Assembly (NCBI GenBank): GCA_963715645.1
Contig: OY970259.1
Coordinates: 1,208,545 to 1,272,544 of the forward strand
DNA length: 64,000 bases
DNA from: an uncultured Thermoplasmata archaeon
GTDB taxonomy: Archaea > Thermoplasmatota > Thermoplasmata > Lutacidiplasmatales > UBA184
Reading direction: 5' to 3'
Shown: piece after piece, positions 11,123-17,754 of the stretch
How the letters are laid out: the number at the start of each line of letters is the position of its first letter
Position numbering within the stretch: the first letter of the stretch is position 1
The notes under the pieces: model-generated
Told to the model about the DNA's origin: nothing
What the model saw: the letters and a program-made list of their open reading frames with translations, nothing else
Database searches by the model: none
Made by a program: the position numbers and the translations under genes

Positions 11123-11500
11123 TTACTCGCGACGGGGGTCGGCGTCCTTCGGGAACTTGGCGCGCCGCAGATACCGAGCGATCCTCGGAGCGTTGCCACT
11201 CGCGAACTTCCACAGCTCGCCGAGTGCGATCGGCGCGGCACCGATGTCATACGGATGTGCGATGGAGTTGCGAACTCCCACGAAACTCTCCCACGGAACT
11301 CCGGGGTTGGTCTTCTGGAAGCGACCGCTGACCTTCTTGGCGGCCTCGAGGAACAGCTCGGTCGCGTGTTCGAGGGCGTAGCGTGTGGTTACGTCGTCTT
11401 CGACCCGAACCTTGCCACCACGTACTGTAAGTTCGACAACGCCGAGGTGCCGAAGCATCTCGTCCACGAGGAACCGGTCGCGCTGCTCGCCCTCGTTCAT
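11123..11500 (-). CDS. hepT: HEPN (DUF86) toxin HepT
   Basis: VRNSIAHPYD is the R-x4-H HEPN motif. The gene overlaps the upstream nucleotidyltransferase gene by 4 nt. Confidence 0.8.
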   Translation of the reverse strand: MNEGEQRDRFLVDEMLRHLGVVELTVRGGKVRVEDDVTTRYALEHATELFLEAAKKVSGRFQKTNPGVPWESFVGVRNSIAHPYDIGAAPIALGELWKFASGNAPRIARYLRRAKFPKDADPRRE

Positions 11501-11945
11501 GCGGGCACCGCCTCGGCCTCGACCTGTGGAGCGATGGCCCAGTGGAGGTCACCGCGGTTCACCAGGTCCACAGGCCGTCCGACGGCCCGCTCTATCGCGA
11601 CACGAAGAGAAGCGTGTCCCAAGAGCGAAGGGAGCCGTCGCCACTCGACGAGTAGGTCGAGGTCGCTCTTTTCCGTGGCCTCCCTGCGGCGTACGGAGCC
11701 GAAGACGAAGAGACGGCGGGCGCCGTGCTTCCGAGCGAGGCGAAGGATCTCCTCACGGTGCGGAGCGAACACTTCCTCGATCCCGAGACCCTTCCCGAGG
11801 ACCATGGGCCGGACCTTCGGGATGCGCCAGAGCCGCGACTTGCAACGGGGGCACATCGTAGGGGACCGTTGGCGCATCCGCCAAGTGTAGATGCAGCGAT
11901 GACAATGCCCGTACCCGGGGCTTCCTCGGAGTCGTCATCCTCCAT
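11497..11945 (-). CDS. mntA: MntA-type minimal nucleotidyltransferase antitoxin with N-terminal 4-Cys zinc ribbon (frame switch between about 11905 and 11940)
   Basis: FGSVRRREATEKSDLDLLV is the NTase motif GS-x9/10-DxD. Upstream, HCHRCIYTWRMRQRSPTMCPRCKSRLW is only reachable from the ATG at 11945 through one frame switch. It aligns with the paralog at 26842. Confidence 0.75.
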
Positions 11946-11989
11946 ATGGACGGAACCACGAAACTTACTTATACCTGTCGGGGGAACTG

Positions 11990-12084
11990 GCTTTGAATCT
12001 TAACCCCGCCGAACAGCCGCCCCGAATCGAAACTCAGGCGCGTGAATCAAAACCGGGGTGTCCCAGGAGGTTACGATTCAAAGC
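11990..12084. repeat. 95-nt element bounded by 16-nt terminal inverted repeats (15/16 match); MITE-like or recombination-site-like
   Basis: The 5' arm GCTTTGAATCTTAACC (11990-12005) pairs with the 3' arm GGTTACGATTCAAAGC (12069-12084). Three TGAATC-type motifs lie inside. The element sits between mntA and the integrase gene. Confidence 0.7.
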
Positions 12085-12276
12085 ACCGACCGAGGCGCCC
12101 CGGCCGGTGAGACAACGTCGAACCGGGCCGTTCGGACCTAGGGACCCTTCCATGTCCGGGGCCCCGAGCACGGGAGAGCTGGGCGACGATTGCCCGCGAC
12201 ATAGCCTCCCGCCCCCCCACCGTTCACCGTCCGTCGACCGGCGAACGGACTTCGCTGTGGCCGCCCGACACGGGCC

Positions 12277-13311
12277 GTGGTCCGGCGTGACGACGTCGTC
12301 GGGCGCTGGTACGCGGCCAAGCGGGAGCGGGGATGCCTTCCGGATACCATTCGACGGTACCGATGGGTCGTCCGGAGAGCCACCACCTTCCTCCGTCGTG
12401 CTGGGCGGACTCCGGATCCAAGGAAGTGGAGCGTTGAGGACGGCCGGTGGCTCCGCCGTCGCCTCCATGACGACGTCTGGCAGCTCTCCGTCCTCGCCGA
12501 CCTCGCTCGGTTTGCGCGGAACTCGGTGTTCAACGAGGTGGGACTCCCGCGCCGCGGTCCTCCGCTGCGGGTCCGGTGGCTGGCCGAGGGGGCGGTCCGG
12601 GGGCTGGTGGAGGTCACCCGAAGCGATCGCCTCCTTCGACTCGTGGTCCTTCTCGGTCTCGGCCAGGGACTTCGCCGCATCGAGTGGCTTCGGATGCAGG
12701 TCGGTGACATCGATCTCGGGGGCAATCGTCTTCTGGTCCGTGGAAAGGGCCGCGGCCAGCCTAAGCGAGTGTGGATGGCTATGCACCCCGCGCTTCCCCC
12801 TGCCTTCCGGGATTACCTCTGGTGGCGGAACCGGCAGGTCCAGAGATTCCTCCGCCGTTCCCCGTTGACCCCCGTGCCCGACGAGCTCTTCCTCCATCGA
12901 CGTGGCGGCCGCCTGGTCCCGTACGGCGAGGGGGGGGCGAACCGCTGGATGGTCATCCTTCAGCGGCGGCTGGCGGCGAAGGATATCCACGTGAAGCTGT
13001 CGACGCACATGCTGCGTCGCTCGGGGGCTACCCTGATGGAACGGACGCTCCTCGGCTCCCCGGGGGCTTCCCGGGACGGGGTCTACCGTGCCGTCCAAGG
13101 GTTCCTGCGTCACGAGAGCATCGCGACCACGATGCGCTATCTGGAGGCTGATCCATCGCGCCAAGCAGCGGTGATGCAGGCCTTCGCCAACGCCCTCCCG
13201 TGGGACGGGGATGCGGACCCTCCTTCCGGTGACGCCGCTCCGGGTCGACCTTACCTCTCCCGATCCTCTCGTCCGGCCCACCCGAGAATCCGAGCCGAGC
13301 TAGCGGGGTGA
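12277..13311 (+). CDS. Tyrosine recombinase / phage-type integrase
   Basis: LLLGLGQGLRRIEWLRMQVGDIDL (box I Arg), HMLRRSGAT and LRHESIATTMRYL (His-x-x-Arg ... Tyr) place the catalytic residues in the expected order. The ORF is intact. Confidence 0.85.
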   Translation: MVRRDDVVGRWYAAKRERGCLPDTIRRYRWVVRRATTFLRRAGRTPDPRKWSVEDGRWLRRRLHDDVWQLSVLADLARFARNSVFNEVGLPRRGPPLRVRWLAEGAVRGLVEVTRSDRLLRLVVLLGLGQGLRRIEWLRMQVGDIDLGGNRLLVRGKGRGQPKRVWMAMHPALPPAFRDYLWWRNRQVQRFLRRSPLTPVPDELFLHRRGGRLVPYGEGGANRWMVILQRRLAAKDIHVKLSTHMLRRSGATLMERTLLGSPGASRDGVYRAVQGFLRHESIATTMRYLEADPSRQAAVMQAFANALPWDGDADPPSGDAAPGRPYLSRSSRPAHPRIRAELAG

Positions 13312-13734
13312 ACGTGGTACCATGGGCTCTACGGGGGCGGGCCTCGGCTCCGCCAAATGTGGGGCAGACCACCCGTCGAGGGTACGCCGGTTCGGAGGCC
13401 CCGGTAGAGCGGAGTCTGCCCCGGGTGCGATGGCACTTGCAGCCCTGACAGGAGCTAGTCGGTCGGCCAGACACGAACAGCCCCCTAGGGTCGGTCTCCG
13501 AGATGCCGGGTCTCGCTTCTCCTCGTCCTCGCCCGGTTCCTCGCTCCACTGCTTCGGGGTCTTCTTGAACATTTCGAGGCTCATCTGCTCTAGCCGCTCG
13601 ATCCGGACATCGATGTCCTGGCCGGGCTCCGCGGGGGCCTCCGAGGCCCGCCGGGCCGGATATGGGAGACGGGGTTCGCCCCTTCGATGATCGCTGGGCT
13701 GCTAGAATCCGCCAATCGACTCCCTCGCAGTCCC

Positions 13735-13968
13735 TCAGACGAGCCCTTTGGCGTATCCGATCTGGGCCGCGAAACGCCAGGCGCCGGGCGCGAGGAGGGC
13801 GGGGAGCCCTCCCGCGAGTCCTATCGCGACCGGCACTTGCGCTAGGATGGCGCTCGCAAGGGCCAGCTCCAAGCATACGACGGGGAGGAGCACCGCGAGC
13901 GCACGATACTCGAAGCGAAGCCAGACGACCCACACCGTACGCAGGAGGCGAGTTCGGTCACTCGGCAT
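13735..13968 (-). CDS. Small membrane protein (two predicted helices), function unknown
   Basis: The 77-aa ORF has high third-position G+C like real genes here. Hydrophobic stretches are VWVVWLRFEYRALAVLLPVVCLELALASAIL and VAIGLAGGLPALLAP. Confidence 0.4.
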   Translation of the reverse strand: MPSDRTRLLRTVWVVWLRFEYRALAVLLPVVCLELALASAILAQVPVAIGLAGGLPALLAPGAWRFAAQIGYAKGLV

Positions 13969-14193
13969 CGTGCATGCTCCCGGTTTACATGCGACGGTGG
14001 CAAAGCCGGGACCCTACATAGCGCCCCGGTTATACGACAACCCAAGCTTCCGGGCGGTCCCCCCGGCGGCTCGACCCTTCGCGCGGCGGAAGCCTGACTG
14101 ACCACCCGAACTCGGGTCGTAAGGAGCAGACCGACGAACCTACCGATGAGGAAGACCAGCGCGCCGAAGGCGAAGAGTACCTGAGGGCCCATG

Positions 14194-14312
14194 GCTGACA
14201 GGGGGACAATCCGGGGCCTGCTCGACGTCACCCGGAACGGCCGTCTACTCAGGTTCGTGCTGCTTCTCGGCCTCGGTCAGGGCCCCCGGCGGGTCGAGTG
14301 CTGGCGGCTGAC
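14194..14312 (+). pseudogene. Internal remnant of a second tyrosine-recombinase gene
   Basis: ADRGTIRGLLDVTRNGRLLRFVLLLGLGQGPRRVECWRL aligns with AEGAVRGLVEVTRSDRLLRLVVLLGLGQGLRRIEWLRM of 12277..13311. No N- or C-terminal parts are attached. Confidence 0.6.
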
Positions 14313-14373
14313 CCGGAGTGGCCGGGAGGCGCCAAGGCGATATACATGGTCTATATGTAGCGTATGTAGCCCT

Positions 14374-14619
14374 ATGGCGTCTAAGACGGTTGCGCTCGAC
14401 CAAGAGGCCTACGAATTACTGAAGCGACAGAAGAGGCCCGAAGAGAGCTTCAGCGATACCGTCAAGCGCCTGGCCCGGCCACGGCGTCCCATCTCCACTT
14501 TCGGGGGGATGTGGAGCGACATGTCCGAGAGGGAACGCAAAGAGCTCGACCGCACTTACTCTAATCTTCAATCCGCAAATCGGCGACGAGCCGAGAAGAT
14601 TCGACGGTTGTGGAGCTAA
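14374..14619 (+). CDS. vapB: Archaeal VapB-type antitoxin (COG1753/DUF217-like)
   Basis: MASKTVALDQEAYELLKRQKRPEESFSDTVKRL matches the conserved start of this antitoxin family. The gene lies directly upstream of a PIN gene and is preceded by TATA-like repeats TATATGTAGCGTATGTAGC. Confidence 0.7.
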   Translation: MASKTVALDQEAYELLKRQKRPEESFSDTVKRLARPRRPISTFGGMWSDMSERERKELDRTYSNLQSANRRRAEKIRRLWS

Positions 14620-14622
14620 TCC

Positions 14623-15009
14623 ATGAAGTGCCTGGACTCCACGTTCTGCATCGACTTCGCGAACGGAGTGCCGGAGGCCCTGGCCAAAGCCAGCGAGGTC
14701 TCGACCGTCGGCGAGAGACTCGCGATCCCCGCCCCGGCTCTTACCGAGTTCCTCGTTGGGGCCTTCTCCCAGGGAGGGCGACGGCTCGCTCAGGCCCTCG
14801 AGTTTATCGCGGAGCTCGAAGTCTTGGACGTCACCGAACCTATCTCGGTGGATGCCGCTAGGCTGGGAGGGGAGTGCTCACGTCGCGGTGAGTCGGTGGG
14901 GACCCTGGACCTTCTGATTGCCTCCACGGCCAAGCACCATCACGCAACGCTCCTGAGCCGGGACAAGGATTTCGCAAGGATTCCGGGTCTCACGCTCGAA
15001 ACGTATTGA
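14623..15009 (+). CDS. vapC: PIN-domain toxin VapC
   Basis: MKCLDSTFCIDF...LDLLIASTAKHHHATLLSRDKDF has the PIN N-terminal Asp and C-terminal D-x-D/F motif. The ORF is intact at 128 aa. Confidence 0.8.
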   Translation: MKCLDSTFCIDFANGVPEALAKASEVSTVGERLAIPAPALTEFLVGAFSQGGRRLAQALEFIAELEVLDVTEPISVDAARLGGECSRRGESVGTLDLLIASTAKHHHATLLSRDKDFARIPGLTLETY

Positions 15010-15141
15010 GACCCCCACGTGAAGCGGTCCTGGGCGAGTGACACCACCCTCCCTCGCCCGAAGACGGGTGTTCCGGCATCGCACGTAGGAGGATCCCCCC
15101 TGGGTTGAGATGGCAGGTTTGGGACGGACAAGTGAGGTCGT

Positions 15142-15642
15142 CTACGCGGGCCAGAGGCGGTTGAGCGACGGTTGGAGCTGACAGAGAAGGCTCCGGTCCG
15201 AAGAGGTCAGGCGGAGATCCCTCTCCCCCTCCAGGAAAGGAGTCCGAGACCGGAACCCGGCGAGCCCTATTCGCGCGGCCAGTGTCCGGTTCTCCCAGGC
15301 GGCCATTCCTTGCGAACGAATCGAATCGACCGGGGAGCTAACGCTCGGCGGATGGCTACCGGAGACCCCGGTCATCGTAGGGAGCATTCGTGCCAGGACC
15401 GTTCGGGTCTCCACGTAGACTCCGAAGGCCTTCCAACGTTCCTCAACCTCCGCGATAACCCCTGCCCCGACCCAAGAGGCACCCCGTTCGCGGGTCTGCA
15501 GGAAGAGGACCGGGTGGCCGGGTTGCTTGCCAATGGTGCGCGCGTCGTCCCACAGACGGGTGGTCCCGGCCCGGAGCAACGATGGTAGGTGCTCGTCGGG
15601 GAAGCCAACGAAGACCCAGCCTTCGATTTGGTTCGTGATCAT
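15142..15642 (-). CDS. Hypothetical protein; N-terminal half weakly reminiscent of PUA/EVE-like folds
   Basis: Intact 166-aa ORF with native-like codon bias. GWVFVGFP...GHPVLFLQTRERGASWVGAGVIAEVE resembles the GD-x-V-x-FY...IVG-x-G-x-V pattern of PUA-like domains. This is pattern recognition only. Confidence 0.5.
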   Translation of the reverse strand: MITNQIEGWVFVGFPDEHLPSLLRAGTTRLWDDARTIGKQPGHPVLFLQTRERGASWVGAGVIAEVEERWKAFGVYVETRTVLARMLPTMTGVSGSHPPSVSSPVDSIRSQGMAAWENRTLAARIGLAGFRSRTPFLEGERDLRLTSSDRSLLCQLQPSLNRLWPA

Positions 15643-15851
15643 GGTTGTCGAGGTTGCGTACTACGGCGCCAGGCTCGGGTCCTGGTGGGCGCGTTCCTCT
15701 CGGGTGGATCATCGAAGGCGGAAAGTCTTCATCCATCTTGGGGAGGGCACGGACTGCGCAATCCATCCGCGGTCCACCCCGCGTCGCAGGGCCCGTGCGT
15801 GCAACGACCATTACAAACAGTGATCCTCTTCCCCGGTCGGTGAGGTAGCCT

Positions 15852-16118
15852 GTGGCGGCCTCTGCGGACGACGTCCTGACGACGACTGTTGGGCCCGGGA
15901 AGCGGATCCTTTCGAAACGAGCGGCTCTTCTTCACGGTCACTTCAACTTTAACCAGGACGTCCTGTGCCTCCCCAACGAACGGCTGCTCCTCGTTGTCAG
16001 GGAGAAGAAATCCTACAACTTCGGGAATTCCTGGAATCTCGGGGACCTCCCCGGGGTCCAGTTTCAGCGGCAGAACCAGTTCGCGACAGCCTTGCTGGTT
16101 GCGGGGACCACGATCTAA
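15852..16118 (+). CDS. Small hypothetical protein (88 aa)
   Basis: This frame has clearly higher third-position G+C than the competing minus-strand frame (15729..15941). No recognisable motif. Confidence 0.3.
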   Translation: MAASADDVLTTTVGPGKRILSKRAALLHGHFNFNQDVLCLPNERLLLVVREKKSYNFGNSWNLGDLPGVQFQRQNQFATALLVAGTTI

Positions 16119-16139
16119 CTAAGCGACCTGACCCCACAG

Positions 16140-16403
16140 TCACCGGCCCCGGTCGTAGACTCGGGAGCGATGATCCACTCGTTCCACCAGAACGGTCCGC
16201 TCCGAATGAGAAAGTACGGCGAGGAGCCGATACGCACCGATGCGAAGCTTGTATTCATCCGAGGCGGCCAATCTCGAGAAGAAGTGGTCGGGATCCGAGG
16301 CCGCCACCTCCAGGCGGCCCACAACTCGGCGAGCGACGATCCGATCGAGTCGATGCAGGTCACGGACGGCGGTCTCCGACCATCGAATCGACCAAGGCGT
16401 CAG
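16140..16403 (-). CDS. relE: RelE/ParE-family toxin (start uncertain; no canonical start at the expected CTGA junction)
   Basis: WSETAVRDLHRLDRIVARRV...YKLRIGAYRLLAVLSHSERTVLVERVDHRSRVY is the typical RelE/ParE C-terminal pattern. The frame is open back to the antitoxin stop. Confidence 0.65.
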   Translation of the reverse strand: MTPWSIRWSETAVRDLHRLDRIVARRVVGRLEVAASDPDHFFSRLAASDEYKLRIGAYRLLAVLSHSERTVLVERVDHRSRVYDRGR

Positions 16404-16642
16404 AGGCCCAACCGCTTCTTGACCTGCTCGTGGTCGGTTACCCGTCCCGCCCTGATATCGAGCCGCGCGTTAAGTATCCCCATCCGGAACGCATCGCGGT
16501 AAGTCCCCTCCTCATCACCACGGGGGATCAGGGCCAGTAGCTTGTTCAGGAGCTCATCGTAGGTCTCCCGCGGGGAGCTCTTCAGGGCAGCGAGTCGCTC
16601 GCGTGTCGCGGGAGTTACCTGGATGGTTGTAATCACGGACAA
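16400..16642 (-). CDS. Antitoxin partner of the RelE-like toxin (small RHH-like protein)
   Basis: 80 aa, TIQVTPATRERLAALK...ETYDELLNKLL, directly upstream of and abutting the toxin frame. It is a paralog of 17014..17229. Confidence 0.6.
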   Translation of the reverse strand: MSVITTIQVTPATRERLAALKSSPRETYDELLNKLLALIPRGDEEGTYRDAFRMGILNARLDIRAGRVTDHEQVKKRLGL

Positions 16643-16661
16643 TGGAATGGCATAGGGGAGA

Positions 16662-16679
16662 CATATAGTCTACTATATG
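16662..16679 (-). promoter_or_regulatory. Perfect 8-bp inverted repeat overlapping TATA-like sequence; candidate promoter/operator of the 16.1-16.6 kb TA operon
   Basis: CATATAGT-CT-ACTATATG lies 20-37 nt upstream of the antitoxin start at 16642. Confidence 0.45.
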
Positions 16680-16695
16680 CCTCCGATGGCGGGAG

Positions 16696-16895
16696 CTCCA
16701 CTGGCACTGGCTCTTGGCCGGAATCTGGCGAGGATCAGAGGCTCGCCAGGCTCTTGTAGGCGCCCGGGCGGGGCCTAAACGCTACGAACACCACGTTTGC
16801 CCCCTCCACTCGGTACAACCCTCGGTACCTCCTCACGCGCAAGGTCCAGAGCCTCCGACCACCTCTGAGCTGGTGAATATCCAACCGGGCGGTTC
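16696..16895. repeat. Copy 1 of a ~200-bp direct repeat (relE 3' half plus downstream sequence)
   Basis: CTCCACTGGCACTGGCTCTTGGCCGGAATC...GGATCAGAGGCTCGCCAGGCTCTTGTAGGCGCCCGGGCGGGGCC... recurs 702 bp downstream with scattered substitutions. Confidence 0.7.
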
Positions 16896-17013
16896 GCCTG
16901 AGGGGACCGCGGACCATCAACGCAAGCGCAGTCTGGAACTCCCGCTGCACTTCGCGAGGCAGTCGCAGAAACTCACGGCGGGCGGAGGCCGTAGCCTCGA
17001 GACGGTAAGTCAA
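16735..17013 (-). CDS. relE: RelE/ParE-family toxin
   Basis: TTG start abuts the antitoxin stop. LRLPREVQREF...LRGGRRLWTLRVRRYRGLYRVEGANVVFVAF is a RelE-type pattern. Confidence 0.7.
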   Translation of the reverse strand: MTYRLEATASARREFLRLPREVQREFQTALALMVRGPLRRTARLDIHQLRGGRRLWTLRVRRYRGLYRVEGANVVFVAFRPRPGAYKSLASL

Positions 17014-17229
17014 CTACAGCCCGGCGTCGCGAAGCACTTGTGCAATCGGGTAGCGCTTCTCTGTACGGAATCGTCGCTCCATCTCGTCCAGGAACTCCGA
17101 GGGGGGGAACTCTTCCATGAACTCCAGGAGGACATCCCCGTAGGTCTGGCCAGGCCCCTTGTAGCGCTCCAGGGCCCGTCGAACCTCACTTGGGATGGTA
17201 ATTGTCGTGGGTCGCGTACTAGCGGCCAT
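17014..17229 (-). CDS. Antitoxin partner (small RHH-like protein)
   Basis: MAASTRPTTITIPSEVRRALERYKGPGQTYGDVLLEFM parallels 16400..16642. I prefer the ATG at 17229 to the longer track ORF. Confidence 0.6.
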   Translation of the reverse strand: MAASTRPTTITIPSEVRRALERYKGPGQTYGDVLLEFMEEFPPSEFLDEMERRFRTEKRYPIAQVLRDAGL

Positions 17230-17246
17230 GGTCACACCCAGGTTCG

Positions 17247-17272
17247 TCAATTGACTTAACAATTGTGTTAAG
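17247..17272 (-). promoter_or_regulatory. Palindromes TCAATTGA and CTTAAC-AATTGT-GTTAAG; candidate operator of the 16.7-17.2 kb TA operon
   Basis: Both palindromes lie 18-43 nt upstream of the ATG at 17229 in an AT-rich patch. Confidence 0.4.
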
Positions 17273-17397
17273 GGTGAATGGTGGAGGCGTACCTGCGACA
17301 AGACCTGTCATCGAGAGTCGAGACGATCAATTGCCATCGTCCCCCGACTTGGGATCCCTCCTCCTCCCCGAGCAATGTCGACGGGGGAAGGCTGTGG

Positions 17398-17597
17398 CTA
17401 CACCGGCACTTGCACTTGGCCGGAATCGGGTGTGGATCAGAGGTTCGCCAAGCTCTTGTAGGCGCCCGGGCGGGGCCGGAACGCTACGGACACTACGTTT
17501 GCCCTCTTCGCCTCGCACAAACCTTGGTACCTCGTCAGCCGCAACGTTCGGAGCCCCGGACCACCTCTGAGCGGGTGAAAGTCCAACCGGCTCCCCG
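17398..17597. repeat. Copy 2 of the ~200-bp direct repeat
   Basis: CTACACCGGCACTTGCACTTGGCCGGAATC...GGATCAGAGGTTCGCCAAGCTCTTGTAGGCGCCCGGGCGGGGCC... aligns with 16696-16895. Confidence 0.7.
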
Positions 17598-17616
17598 CAC
17601 CCTCACCCAGCCCCAT
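17437..17616 (-). pseudogene. Truncated RelE-like copy (C-terminal half only, no cognate antitoxin)
   Basis: ...RLDFHPLRGGPGLRTLRLTRYQGLCEAKRANVVSVAFRPRPGAYKSLANL aligns with the C-terminus of 16735..17013. The upstream sequence does not align with the RelE N-terminus. Confidence 0.55.
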
Positions 17617-17754
17617 CGGTATCACGTAGTGCCTGCCACCTCGGCGTAGCTCCTCCCGGTAGGCGTCGTTGCGTGGTCTAGGATTACGGGGGGCGGGCGC
17701 GGGTGGTCGCGCCCGCCCCATGTCGGATAACCAAAGGTTCATGCGCTCGTAGCG

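Noticed and set aside
11013-12084. The TTTGAATC / GATTCAAAGC motifs looked like reverse-complemented tRNA T-loops, suggesting tRNA gene fragments as att sites
   Set aside because: I could not build a T-stem, anticodon arm or acceptor stem around either copy on either strand. There is no GTTCGAATC-type loop with flanking complementary 5-mers.
11990-12084. Calling the element a canonical integron attC site
   Set aside because: Only the inner AAC/GTT triplets and the hairpin potential fit. The R-box consensus RYYYAAC/GTTRRRY is not met (TCTTAAC / GTTACGA). I cannot verify extrahelical bases or an IntI-specific domain by eye. It is kept only as one hypothesis.
12034-13281. 415-aa ORF on the minus strand, one of the longest in the TA island
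   Set aside because: It is antisense to the well-supported intact integrase. Its translation is Arg/Pro/Gly-rich with no motif. Such shadow ORFs are expected in DNA this G+C-rich because stop codons are rare.
15729-15941. 70-aa minus-strand ORF, and its upstream in-frame extension reading ...LKLDPGEVPEIPGIPEVVGFLLPDNEEQPFVGEAQDVLVKVEV
   Set aside because: There is no start codon for the protein-like part. Third-position G+C is clearly lower than in the overlapping plus-strand ORF 15852..16118. The downstream half is Arg-rich junk.
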